Source of the DNA: Dipteris shenzhenensis
Lineage: Eukaryota
NCBI GenBank assembly: GCA_047967505.1
Contig: CM106538.1
Length of the DNA stretch: 64,000 nucleotides
Strand: one strand, 5' to 3'
The notes under the pieces were generated by a model, which was given only the letters and a program-made list of their open reading frames with translations, did no database searches and had not been told where the DNA came from. Both the position numbers and the translations under genes were made by a program. Each line of letters opens with the position of its first letter. The first letter of the stretch is position 1. Shown here piece after piece: positions 1 to 12,300 of the stretch.

Positions 1-331
1 GCAGTGGAGTCATCCCTTTCATAGCCTTTGTAGAGCTACAATTGAGGATGTAAACTATCGTGTTACATACTTTAGCCTAGAAAGCCTTTGGCAATTCTTT
101 CCCTTTCATCATACTCCGGCCCATTTCGCAGATGATGCGCATCTTGCATTCTGCTACTCCATTTTGCTGTGATGTATGTGGCGGAGGTTTCTGCCTCTTG
201 ATTCCATGACTTTTGCAGTAACTTTCAAATTCAATTGATGTGAACTCTCCACCTCTGTCTGATCTGAGCTTCTTCACCTTCCTCCCCGATTCTTTTTCGA
301 CAATTACATGCCATTCCTTGAACCTACTGAG

Positions 332-1050
332 TGTGGACCAAAAAACAATGCCATTATTAAAATGTGAGGGTTTGTATGCCTAAATGGTACCATAATTGGT
401 AGAATTCTTGTTTGAAATATATTCTAAAATTCTTACCTCATTTGTTACATTTGGATCAATTGCCCTTGATGCACCCCAATTTTGGTTCTAGGTGGGGTAT
501 TGATTAAAAAATGATAAAATCTATTTAAATGTGAGGCTTTGGAAGTATAAATGGTATAGGATTGTTGGTTTCATTGTCTCCTAAACCCTTACCAGGTTTT
601 GTTCCATTTGGGTCAATGTTGCCCAATTTAGTGTCTCGGTGACGTATGGATTAAAACACAATGCCATCTATTTAAAAAAATTTTAGTTTCCTTAACTGGC
701 CTTCTCATAAATCCCTCATTGGCATTATGCTTGGTTTCCATTTCCACATCAACTTGTCCAACTATAATCACACTATTAGGTGACCCAGGCAGCTCCATGG
801 TCAAATACCTCCCTTCTCTTTCCATTAAGCCCTTCAAATGATAATCATATTGAGGCTATGTCAAGGCATGTTCCATGCAGAAGAAAATTGAGGAAACATC
901 ACTGGCCATAGCGAAAAAAGGTGCCACCATTAGCTTCCACAGCGCTTGTGCACAAACCACAACCATGCGACACCCTTGGAATGAAATTATCCAGGAAGCA
1001 AAGGGATAGTACTACCAACTTTGAAGCATCTTGAGCAAGCAACCGTTTAA
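332..1050. other. ~720-bp unrelated insertion splitting the copia A integrase; contains degenerate ~160-bp internal repeats
   Basis: Integrase reads ...KMKDEA(L) at ~1051 and resumes (L)SRFKEWHVIVEKE at ~331. Motifs aaaacaatgccat and aaatgtgagg recur near 340, 525 and 655. No TSD seen. Confidence 0.6.
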
Positions 1051-2705
1051 AGCTTCATCTTTCATCTTCAGGAAGTATATCCATATCCTTTTAGTGTAGT
1101 CGTCGATTAGCTTCATGAAGTAGAAGGAACCACCCAAAGCTTCCATCTCCATCTTTCCACAGAGGTCCGTGTGAACGAGCTCTAGAGGAGCCTTTGCTCT
1201 GCTGGCCTCTTTAGGAAAGGGCTGCCGATACTACTTGCCCATCATGCAAGCTTCACATACATCAGGCAAATCTGAATTTTTTGGTAGGTCTGCAATCATT
1301 CCACTTTTATGCATCTCCTTCAAAGAACTAAGGTTTAGATGACCAAACCTCTCATGCCACAACTTAGTGTTCTTCACATCCACTCGAGCACTAAAAGCTG
1401 AGAGTTCGTAAATGTTGTTGCACCGTGTACCTTTACCAACAACCTTTCCTTGAAGATCCAGGATTTGTACACCATTCTTATCGAATTGAACTTTGAGGTC
1501 CCGATCCGTGATCCCAGAAACAGACAACAAGTTCCTCTTGATATCTGGTACATAAAGAACATCGGACAACTATTTTACAACTCCATCTGACTTGAGAGCA
1601 ATCATACCTTTTCCTTTTGCTAGACATTTTGCATCATTGCCAACTGCTACCATGATGTCATCCCCTACCGGCTATAGAGAGGTATACCAATCCTATCGAC
1701 TGGTCATGTGGCATGATGCACCACTGTCAATGATCCAAGGTTCATCCACAGGTACATGAACTACCTCCGTGCAAATCTCCTCAATTGTGACGAACAGCTC
1801 TATTGGTATTGTCTGCGTGCTATTGCTGAACTCTTTCTTCACTCCGTTCTTCTCATCTGCAATCTTCTTGTAGCACTCATTTCGCTTGTGCTCTGCCTTG
1901 TTGCAATAGAAGCACTTGATCTTCACCTTTCTCTTTTTATCATCAGAAGAAGATGGGTTACTAGAGTCCTTACCCTTACCTTTCTTTGATCCGGTCTAGA
2001 AAGCCAAATCTTCTCCAGTCCTCATCTTTTGATGCATCTCCTCCTCCAGAAGCATCGCACTGAAATCCTCAAAGTTGAGGGGCGGATTTTTGTTCTACGT
2101 ATTCAGTGCCGTAACAAGACCGTTGTACTTTGGTGGGAGAATCCATATGCACCTTCTTGCTAGATTCTCCCTGGTGATGGTGATGCCAATCGCAGTCATC
2201 TGATCGTGCAGATTCTTCACCCTGGTGATGAACTTCTCTACTGCTTCAGACTCAGACAACTTCTCATTCGCGACTTGAGTCTCCAGATTCCGAATCCGCG
2301 TCTGATTCGTGGTCTCGTACTGGTTTTTCAAGACCATCCATGCCTCCTCCACTGTGGTGACATGTTGAATTAATGCCATGATGGAATCAGTGACATTGCA
2401 GACAATAGAACACAATGCATTTGCATTTCTTCTTGTCCACGCGAGAATCTCATCCGCAGTTGGTACTATTTGTTGTCCTGCATTGGCTGGATCCCCGGCC
2501 TCACATCCACCCCAGTAGTAGTGTCCCAAAGCTCATATGTGCTTAGGATGTGGTCTTAATCTTGAACTTCCAGATAGGATAATTACAGTCATCCAACTTT
2601 TCGCTTTTGCCGAACGGTGGGATTCGCAGTCTTGTGGGCTGGGCCATCTCTCACAATCTGCTTGCAAACAGAAACACACTACCGAATCTTCTTGCTAGAG
2701 TCCAG

Positions 2706-2717
2706 GCTTTGATACCA
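2706..2717 (-). promoter_or_regulatory. Primer-binding site complementary to initiator tRNA-Met (TGGTATCAAAGC)
   Basis: Abuts the LTR end; one mismatch to the canonical TGGTATCAGAGC. Confidence 0.88.
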
Positions 2718-3446
2718 TGTAAGAAAATAATACGTCTGTGCTCAACAGATAACAAGACCTCGTACGCAAGAGAGAAAACAAGATAGTATGGAGAATCAAA
2801 AATTTGATTACTATAGAACTGATACAATAGATGGCGTTGCCTCGCACCCGTGTGCTCTTGTGAAAGAAGCTTTGATGGCATGCTGGAAACAGTAGAAGAC
2901 GGAGGCTGAATGCTAAGGAATCAAGGTTGCTATAGCCAATGATGAAATGGGCTTCACGGGCTTGCTCTTATATAGCTATCAGTCGTAGTCGGTTAGGCTC
3001 AATCGGGTGACCGACCCAGTCCACCCAAAACGGTCGATTGGGGGTCGGTCCCAAAATAGGCCACCGACCATATGATAGATTCGGTGTCCAAAATAGAGGA
3101 ACTGACCTACGATTACCGTTTGGCCCACAGCCATCTAGAATCATCTGAGGCTCCAAATGGGCCCCACAACCCGAGAGTGGGCTACCCCGAGAAATGCTCC
3201 GTCTACCCTCAGTGTGGTCAGTTAAGGGATGCCTTCCCACACTTGCATGTAGCCTAGTTGGCAGTGTGCCAAATCTATCTGAAGCCGTCCAGCCATCAGG
3301 CCACACATGGCCCCCATCTGGTGTCCAAACCAGGACCTATCGGATAACCGAGCTACTCAAATGCCTTCTCCTCATTTGGGGGGCTTAGAAGTAGAGTTAG
3401 CTGGTTCCCGCATAGTTACATGAGAGTGGAGCATTGATATCTAACA
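2718..3446 (-). repeat. 5' LTR of copia family A (729 bp, TG...CA)
   Basis: Ends TGTTAG...TTACA on the minus strand, directly followed by the PBS; homologous to 6321-7028, 18953-19646 and 63954-64000. Confidence 0.92.
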
Positions 3447-4761
3447 CGGACTCCATGGCAAAGATAAGTGGAGTTGGGTGACGAGGGAATCGATGGATGA
3501 GGAAGAACAGGAGGACATCAAATTGTTGGTGGGGAATGGAGAAGAAATGGGTAGGAAACTGTCAAATTTTAGGATAAAATTTGAAAGAGTTTTGCTACAA
3601 TAGCTATGGCGAGACGACCCGATGGGGTAGGCCTACCTTTATAGATTTCTATTCCCCTGACTGATGGGATATTGGTATGGCGATGGTCGGTGCTAAATTT
3701 GAAGTTGACAATTGGTGGTGAACTTTGATGGCGACGGTCGGTGTGGAGTGTCTTAGGAAACGGCTGACGTGGTACTCAAATGGTGATGGGGTGATGCCAT
3801 GTTGGATTGCAACGACCCGATGGGGTATCACGACCGTGATGATCGGCATAGAACCTTTCGGAGAGGATCGGTGGTGTAAGTGCTTGGCGACGGTCGGCGA
3901 TGAACATTATGTCAATAGTCAGTGGGGAACGTTTTCGGTGACAGTCGGTGGGGTAGTGATTGTGTAAAAAATGGGGGAAAGAGAAGGAAGGAGGATTGGG
4001 GTGGGGAAAAATGTAGATAGAGCAAAGTGCACTTGTGTTATGCCACGTGATAATGAGGTCAGCATGCGAGAACATGAGCAATTATAAAAATTCAAGAATG
4101 GATTCTAGTCACCTAGTGCTAACTGTGTGTGCACGTGCGATGTGTTCGGTAGAGACTAGTGTGCTACTGGTGCATCACGTGATATGCCTACCGTACTGAC
4201 TCACCTAGACCTAGACGTGATGATTATGATGAATGCGGTGGAGGCGGATGCCATACTACAGCATAGCGAGAGTAAGGGGCCATGTAGAGTATGTGTCCAG
4301 CTTGTTCTTTACCTTGGATGCCAGAGGTACCTTTGTGCTAGACTTTGTTGTTGTTGCAGGCTCTGACATCGAGTGTCTGTTCCCAAGGCGAGGTTCTTGT
4401 GTAACTCTTTGTGGGGTGAAATTCGGTCCCTGTGGAGTTTCTTGACTAGTGGTTGCGAGGCTTGTGTTGAGTCGAACCACCCGTGGCACCATTGCATATT
4501 TGGTACCTTGAGGCTGGCCTATTGTGTCCAGATCATTGGCAGGTTCTTGTGGTGCTGTATCTTAGGAGGACACAGGTTCTTGTGGTGCTACTTTATCACC
4601 TTCGAGGTTTGTAATGTCTTCTTCTAGATCCAGGTGACCTTGTTGCCTCAGCCACCCAAACGAGCGGTGTTGCACGAATTGTTGGTGATGTGTGGCAGTG
4701 GATGAGGCATGAACATTGGGCACGGCTTTCTCCATGTAGTGAATGCATGTGGGGGAAGCAA

Positions 4762-5420
4762 TCATGAGGTGACTAGAGCTGTTGTTGTTGCATTACCATT
4801 TTCTGAGCACCGGTTCCGATCGAAGTGATGTTCGGTGCGGAGGATAGCATCTTGTCCTTGCAGCTCATGGATTTCTTGGGTGGAGAATGGTAGCATTGGT
4901 TGAGTGTGCAATGGCATTGGTTTACCATTGCGGTGAGCTTTGTGCTCCTTTCGAGTTATGCCTTTGGGCGGTGTGATGGTGGAAGCTGGGGCTTCCGGTT
5001 GGCTTTGCTGCATCGCTTCATTGTCATGAATCGACGAGGTCAGCGGGGCCGAAGAGGGGGGGCTTGGTCTGCACAGTGGAACTACCGTCGTCTGACCACC
5101 ATTGGTAAGCGAAGCAGTTCGGGTGTGCCAGTTGACTTGGAAGTTGATGGTGGAGCACCAAGTTCTTCCAAGAATAATCTGCTCTTCGGTGGCTTCTGTA
5201 GGGAGAACATAAAAGCGCATATCCACAACTTGGTAAATAGCCATTAGACTTAGATTTACATAACCCAAGGTTTGCAAAAGTTGGCTGCTTATAGCTCTTA
5301 TTGAGGCAATAATGAGGGTTAGGGGTACTTGTAGCTTTTCCCATACCTCTCAGGAGATGAAATTGACTCGCTCCTCGGTCCACAAGTGCTTTGATGCACA
5401 TGCACGGTACCTATAGCTGA
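4762..5420 (-). pseudogene. Degenerate Ty3/gypsy aspartic protease region
   Basis: KALVDRGAS (retropepsin D-x-G-like motif) followed by IILGRTW; frameshifted, with no RT downstream. Confidence 0.6.
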
Positions 5421-6320
5421 TCAAGCAACTTGTTTGGCTCTATTGTTAGCTTATCCATTAGTTGCATCTGTTCAGTTGTTGCCTTAAAAGGGGTCATTTG
5501 TCTACGCTATCGGATCTTAGCATTATGGATTCTAGCTTTCTCGATGGCTTGGCAGTTCTTTTTTTCTATGCACAGCGTGAAGGGTAGGGATAGTGAGTGG
5601 TCCGTAGTATCTTTTCAGTTTACTTTCGTTCAGGTAGCCATCCATTTCTATCCCATCAAGGGTGGCTATTCGACACGCCCTTGGGGGGTGATCTCAACTA
5701 CATGGTATATCCTGATGTGAAAACTCGAGGTGGATGGACCCTAAATATTTGGAACAAATATCTTGATGTGAAAAATCGAGGTGGATCGACCCTAAAAAAC
5801 TTCCCTAACAACCTTTGTCAGCACCTATTTATTGAATCTTGGATCTACAAGTTGGATCCCCAACCTGATTGGCACCACCCTAAGCTCTTTGATGTAATTT
5901 TCTTGGAAGAATACCTCCATGCACCTCCATGCATAAGAACCCATCCCAAGTTCTTTGCAATTCCATGACAGCACAAAAGGGAGGCCAACATACACACTTT
6001 AGGTGAGGATTGCACCATTAATTGTCCAATGATCGAGCCATACTCTGGTGTATAATGGAACATCCAAGGCACACTGATAGGAGCACTTCAACATCATGAG
6101 ACAAAAAAGGGAGGCAATTCTTGGAGTTTCTTACAACTCTATAACTAGTCATTGTCATAAATACTTGGATGCTAGAGGGATATCTAGGCCCTTATTTTCC
6201 ATTGATACATTAGAAGTGACTTGCTTAGTTATTTGTTGCTTTTTCTTAAATCCATGAACTATATTTCTCTTTTATGGTTGGAATTTCCCAAAATTTGAGA
6301 TAAGCTTGAAGGCATACAAA

Positions 6321-7028
6321 TGTTAGATATCAATGCTCCACTCTCATGTAACTACGTGGGAACTAGCTAACTCTACTTGTAAGCCCCCCATATGAGGAGA
6401 AGGCATTTGAGTAGCTAGGTTATTCAATAGGTCCTAGTTTGGACATCGGATGGGGGCCATGTGTGGCCTGATGGCTGGATGACTTTAGATAGAGTTGGCA
6501 CACAGCCAACTAGGCTACATGCAAGTGCGGGAAGGCATCCCATGATTGACTGCACTGAGGGTAGATGGAGCATTTCCCAAGGCAGTCCACTCTCGGGCTA
6601 CGGAGCCCGTTTGGAGCCCCAGATGATGCCGGATGGCTCTAGGCCGAATGGACTCCATAGGTCAGTTGCTCTATTCTCTGCCACGGTTTTAACGTGTGGT
6701 CGGTGGCCTATTTCGAGACCAACCTCCAGTCAGTCGTTTTGGGCCGACTAGGTCGGTCTCCCAATTGAGTCTAACCGACTACGACTGGTGGCTATATAAG
6801 AGCAAGCCCGTGAAGCCCATAATCATCACTAGCTACAGCAACCCTGATTCCTTAGCATCCAGCCTCCGTCCTCTACTATTTCCAGCACGCCATCAATGCT
6901 TCTCACACAGGAGTGCATGGCTGGGAGGCAGCACCATCTATTGTATCAATTTATAGACTTTACCTTCTGAACCGGGGATCACAAGACCTGGTGGTTGTTC
7001 CACGTATAACAAATATGTGCTCGTTACA
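6321..7028 (+). repeat. Solo-like LTR of copia family A with a divergent 3' end
   Basis: Starts TGTTAGATATCAATGCTCC and is colinear with the reverse complement of 2718-3446 up to ~6955. The last ~70 bp differ, so the right end is uncertain. No PBS, PPT or TSD found. Confidence 0.8.
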
Positions 7029-7391
7029 TTTTAAAGAGGGGGCTAATCAATGTATACATACAAGAGGGGGCTAATCAATTACATGCAAAAATGTAAAAAA
7101 TGAAAGAGTAGGGATATTTTTTATATATGCTTGCCACGTGCTATATGGGATTTATGAAGAGTGACCCCCCAGGTTATATTACTTTGTGAGAACTAATTTT
7201 TTAGGCTACTAGAAGTTGGGAGGCTATTAGGTATGCCTCTGATATGCTCATAAGGCTTGGGTCTACTACGAAGATCTAATAGTTTCCCTACTTAGAAACA
7301 CTAGCTAACTAATCTAATAGTGTTTTGAGCTACTGCTAATGACAATAAGTTACTAAGTTTCAAAGAACATGCCCACATGCCATGGTTATTG

Positions 7392-7468
7392 TGCAACATG
7401 GATTTGCTATACTATGGTTTTGAGGCTATGCGACATGGATTTGCTCTAGTATGGTTTTGAGTTATGCA
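7392..7468. repeat. Tandem duplication of a ~37-bp unit
   Basis: gcaacatggatttgctatactatggttttgaggctat followed by gcgacatggatttgctctagtatggttttgagttat. Confidence 0.75.
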
Positions 7469-7471
7469 AGA

Positions 7472-7707
7472 CTCGGGGGGTCACTCAATAATGTAGTGAC
7501 TACGTGAGTTCAATAGAAGGATGCATTTAATTTCTTTTTTACTCACATTTTCATTAATAGAAGGGTGTTGTAAAAAAAATTTTGGGAAAAGTTTACAAAT
7601 TGAATAGAAAAATGATGTATTTTACTAATGAAAATTTGACATATCAAATTGATCGTGAACGCACAGATCTACAAGGTTTATACCTAGTGAGTCCCCCCCC
7701 CCCTCGG
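7472..7707. mobile_element. MITE, same family as 28888-29134
   Basis: Starts CTCGGGGGGTCACTCA, shares the internal cgtgagttcaa(t/c)agaagga and AT-rich core, and has a degenerate right TIR agtgagtccccccc. Confidence 0.75.
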
Positions 7708-8361
7708 CCCATGATGCACGTGTAATTGTTGGTTTGGAGCAAGGTGGGTTCCTTTCATTCTTCTTGTTTGAGATGCACCAAAGGGTGAGTTCCTCTTATG
7801 CTTTTCATCTTTTAGGTTATCACAAATTCTCAAGGTGTCTAATGACAATGTACATAGAAGCTGAAGGGGTGCATAACATTAAATTTGAGTACATCCTTGG
7901 GATTCTACCTTAATTCAAGAATACTTACCAATAACTAGCTTCCAAGTCTGAAGAGGTGAAATAAACAAAATAGCCCAATTGATCTAGTAGATCTTTTACT
8001 AAGGGGATGATAGATGTCATTATCAATTAAGATGTTTAGTTAGACCTCACACTTATACAAAATCTAAGGCCAACAAATTCATGGGATTTGTGCCACATAT
8101 GAAACTCAATGACATTGCAATATTGGTTGAGCCACGCGATTACATGCTTCATGTGATGCCTACAAAGGCTTGGGAAGTAGGCGACCATTAGAAGCGGTTG
8201 TTTATTGTGTGTGATTTTGGTTGGCTAATAAAGGCATGAGATTCTAATTGTTCTAGCAAGGCTTCACCAACATATTAGTGATTGTGTATCCAAGAGTTGG
8301 TTTGTAAGAAGATGATCAATGTGCATTAATTGTTTGTTTGCAGCATGTACGAGACATGTTG

Positions 8362-8453
8362 AAGGCAAAATCAAGTGTTGTATTTTGTGTTGCAACCCTC
8401 CTAAAGGCAAAATCAAGTGTTGTATTTTGTGTTGCAACCACCTCCTAGGCAAA
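8362..8453. repeat. 42-bp tandem duplication
   Basis: aaggcaaaatcaagtgttgtattttgtgttgcaacc at 8362 and 8404. Confidence 0.85.
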
Positions 8454-8980
8454 TTTATATGTGATTCTCACTCTCCTTCACATCCATACATAACTTTGGT
8501 TGAATGGGACTCATTCTTTGGAAACATGATGAGGAGGACGAGCACGATGGAAGGGAAGATATGAGAAAGATGAGGCAAGACTAGGTGCCATGTAGACACA
8601 AAGTCAACGTGGCTATCAAGGTGAGAAAGAACGAACGGAAGGACTTGTGAACATCAAGTCCGGCTCCCACATGCATTGAGAGTCTAAATCATTGTCCTAC
8701 GAAGTCACATTACGCGAGTTGAAAGGGCCAATCCCGAATTTTCAGCTGAACGGTCGTTGAAACGTCGACAGTTGATGTCTGTTGATTTTACGCATTTGAT
8801 GCATCGAGTGTTTGATGTTTTCGATCAAGTAATCGCAATCATGGCGCATTTGATGGACTCCACGCACCAACATCTTAAGCAATGGGCCGAGACACCGCTC
8901 TCAAGTTGAAAAATATGACGAATGATTCATATTAGACCATCATCCGGAATATCAAGATTGACAAACGCAGCAGGAAAAGA

Positions 8981-10431
8981 ATGCACGCTATCTCGGCCAT
9001 GGCGATGGGGTCGATTGGGGCCAAGAGCATGAGTAGCAACAGCAACTGCATCTCCTACTGGGTGTATCGTTGCCCGATCTCGTACTCGCAATGTCGCAAT
9101 GTCTCTTACCATAGTGTTCCTCTCCGTCGCCTACGTCGCTCGATTGGCGCACCATCATCCATCTTTGCCACCGCAGGTGTCAGCCTTTCTGTACTTGTGA
9201 AATCAGCCACAAATCTCACGCCAGCCACTTTTCACGCTTGTAAATTTGCAATTATGTTCATAGTCGCAAATGTCACGCTGGGATGCTTAAATTCTGTGTA
9301 GAGGAGAGGTCCGAGAATGTTGAGGTTGAGCCAAAAACCAATGTCGAGTTTCCTCTGACCATTCTGTCCTCCGGGGGCTCCCAACCAATGTCCCTTGTCG
9401 GCACAGGTATGCGTTTCTCTTACAAGCAGCAATTTTTGCACTTGCACAAAGTATTGCAGCTTCGTAACTAATGATTATTTCCCGGGACTGTGCGTGTATT
9501 CAACCGTAATTCGTTACGCGATCTCGGCAGTTGCCGTAGATGTGCAAGTGTCTAGAAGCCTTGTGTCTTCCACTGTATCCCGAAGGCAACTTACTAGGCA
9601 GTCGTTGAAGAAGGTGCAGGACGTATCTTAACTTTTGTAGAAATCTCAGGTTTCAAGGAGGAAAACATTTCATTCATCCGTGTCAAAGTGTATGCTATTG
9701 GTGTTTATTTTGACACCAGCATTTCAACATATCTTGCCGCTTGGAGAGGCAAAGGAGCGGATGAACTCTCCAAAGATTTACTGTTCTTCAAGGCAGTTTC
9801 GGAAGGTAGAGCAGAACACATATGGCACCTGCTGTTGAGCTCATATGCTAATTACTATAGAGCATGGGTCTGTCGTCCTCTAATTTAGATTTCATTTATG
9901 CGCCGAATATGGACAGACGTTATGCCTAGATTGTGTTTTCTGTGTAGCCCCCATGGAGAAAGGGATCATGATAGTTCTTCTGAGGGATATGGAAGGTGGC
10001 ACGTTCTGGGGAGGTCTATATGAATCGCTAGCGCCAAGGTTGAAGGATTGCGATGCAGGTGTTTCTGGGCAAGAGGCACTGGATGCTTTTGGGGAGGTAT
10101 TCTGGGGCAGATCACTGAAGCAAGGCACATCCATCTACTTGACTTGGATCCAGCCCTTCTATCTTCAGGTAAGACACGACGCCACGAGCTCCTGTTGATG
10201 CAGCCGAAAATTTATGTCGTGAATCATCATTGAAAGGTAAAACTCAGGATTTTTTGGGTGGTATTGAAGGTTGAAATGTCTGGCGATGATCTATTTCCTG
10301 CAATTGTGGAAGCCTCCATCGTCTCTGGGCCGCTGGCCTCTGCACTATATGATGTATATCTAGGAGAAAACCCTGTGTTTTCTACAACGAAGGCGTCCAT
10401 AGCCAAAGGCCTTGCGGTACTTTTGCAGTAG
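8981..10431 (+). CDS. FAP3: Chalcone-isomerase-fold fatty-acid-binding protein, FAP3-like, probably plastid-targeted; exons 8981-9176, 9302-9406, 9650-9805, 9948-10168, 10270-10431 (279 aa)
   Basis: Four GT-AG introns with compatible phases give an open 840-nt CDS. Motifs EPKTNVEFP, SLVGTG..RVKVYAIGVY, APMEK..IVLLRDMEGGTFW..L..RL and ALYDVYLGENPV..K.SIAKGL match the CHI-fold FAP3 pattern. Ser/Arg-rich N-terminus. The start codon could be a nearby downstream ATG. Confidence 0.88.
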
Positions 10432-11534
10432 CCATCTTTCTAGCAGTGCCAGCTTGGGGATCCAACAATGCCGCTATTTCAGCTCGTAATTACCCAAGGC
10501 GATTTACAGATCTTATTTCCATAGCGACCATGTGCATGTGAAGAACAAGAGTTTTTTTAAGGAAGAGTGTACCGTGTATTAGGGTTTCTTTTGTTGGGCA
10601 AATTGAAGGTTTTTTCCCACGTGCCGTGCTCGCTCTAAGTGTCTCTCAAGGTGTTGTATAGCTCTAAAGTTCCTCGCTTTTCTCCTTGGTGTTCCTTTGC
10701 TAACAAGCAATGTTTAGATGCCCATAAAGGGACACACTTGTAATGAAATGACTTTAAATCATATCCTAGATGTATGGAATTCTTTTATTTTATATGTACT
10801 ATTACGACATTTGGACTACTATCAATGCATATAAATTTAGGGTGTATGAAGATATTGTTGCATGACCTACCTAGACCTATAAATATTAGCATAGTCACAA
10901 GGTCATGCAAAATAACAAATTGGGTCCTATAGGATGTTGACAAAGAGCATGAAGCATTTTATCTTATATTCCTTATTTTGGAATGAGGTGTCGATCAAGG
11001 GGCTAGCCATGTGTCCTTCATATAGCTCTTCTCCTATCTAGGACAATTGAAGAACTATGTCATTGGATTACATCTAGGAATTTTGGACCATTGGATTTGT
11101 TTTTGCACGCTGAGAGTCCCTTCCAACCATTTCACGATTTCTTTAAACTATCGCGAGTTTCTTGGTAATCGTTCATCTCCCATTGTGTGCACAATAACAG
11201 TAAAGAACTTGGCGAGTGGAGCGAGGACCTGATGATCCCAGATGGATTCTTGAACCATGTCGAAGAAAGCATTAGTTCGAAAGAATGACACCTATGGCAC
11301 TTCGATGAACGAAATCCCAGATGTGATTAGGAAGCATGGAAACATATGATCAGGAATCAAAACACGAGCTTGCATGATAGTCCTCGGCTGAGTGTTGCAC
11401 TGATTTGTGGTTGAAGATTTGAGGACGATGGCAAGGTAGAGGCAATCCCGCACCCCCTTCCGCAAACCATAGACGAAGTAGAGCACCTTCATCTTGAGCC
11501 AAAAATTCATGTATAGAATCGTTACAAACCCACT

Positions 11535-11965
11535 TCCAGGTGCATTATTCGCACATGCACGTGTTCAATGAGCACCCTGCTTTGCACGCACATCAATACC
11601 ACCTATGTCGAGACATGTACAAAGTGTCGTCCCCATCAGATATGGTTCGCACGGTCGATCACCCATCCAACAATGTTTTTTACCTTAGAGTGTCTTGCAC
11701 AATCATCAAAAAACACGCTCCAAGCTATGTTATTTGAAGGCATATGTATCTGATGGGCATTCTGATTTGCATGCATGTTAATACTGTCTATTTAGAGGCA
11801 CATGGAAAGTATTGTGCCCATCTGATAATGTGGTTCTCATGGTCGATCACACATCAAGCCATGTTTTTCAAGTAGAGTCATGCATGATCATCAAAAAACC
11901 CATTTCCAGGTGTGTTATTCACACATGAACTTATCTGATGGACATTACCCTTTGCACGCATGTCA
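11535..11965. repeat. Degenerate tandem repeat, ~185-bp unit, ~2.3 copies
   Basis: Related unit starts at ~11535, ~11720 and ~11906; ggtcgatcac.catc.a..atgtttt recurs at 11653 and 11841. Confidence 0.7.
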
Positions 11966-12101
11966 ATCCTAAAGATAATCAGATTTGCAAACACTAGAGA
12001 AACCGATTGATTGGTTATATAGTTGGTGATGTTGGAGGTATAGGTGGTGGAGCAATGGCTTGTAGATCAGGATCAATGGGAGCCTACAAAGTGATAGATG
12101 T

Positions 12102-12300
12102 TTTTGGGTGAACAAGGTCTAATTTCATTGTTTCACTTCTGTCTGTGCCAGTCATAGTGATTGTGATGTTGATGCATGGTCTGTTGGTTATGCTATTTTT
12201 GGGTGAACAGGTTCTAATTTCATTGTTTCACTTTTGTTTGCACCAGTCATAGCCGAAGCAGTCGATTGCAATGTTGATGCATGGTCTACTGGTTATGCTG
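12102..12300. repeat. Tandem duplication of a ~95-105-bp unit
   Basis: ttttgggtgaaca..ctaatttcattgtttcac...gttgatgcatggtct..tggttatgct occurs twice. Confidence 0.85.

Larger units (their letters stand above)
1..3446 (-). mobile_element. Ty1/copia LTR retrotransposon family A, 5' half (5' LTR, PBS, gag, protease, integrase), degenerate; continues past the left window edge
   Basis: Minus-strand ORF fragments: gag (AWMVLKNQY, 2095-2647), zinc knuckle CFYCNKAEHKRNEC and protease WIIDSGASCHM (1693-1926), GAG-pre-integrase LWHERFGH..CEAC (1231-1569), integrase LRSDRGGEF..QQNGVAE (77-330). Several stops and frameshifts. Confidence 0.93.

Noticed and set aside
2968-3388. ORFs within LTRs and antisense ORFs over gag-pol throughout the window
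   Set aside because: They recur only because the repeats recur, are not kept open between copies and have no protein motifs.
5679-7173. Larger TIR element bounded by ccttggggggtgatctc and gagtgaccccccagg
   Set aside because: The TIR match is imperfect and there is no TSD.
8362-8453. CRISPR-like array
   Set aside because: A simple two-unit tandem duplication with no spacers, in eukaryotic DNA.
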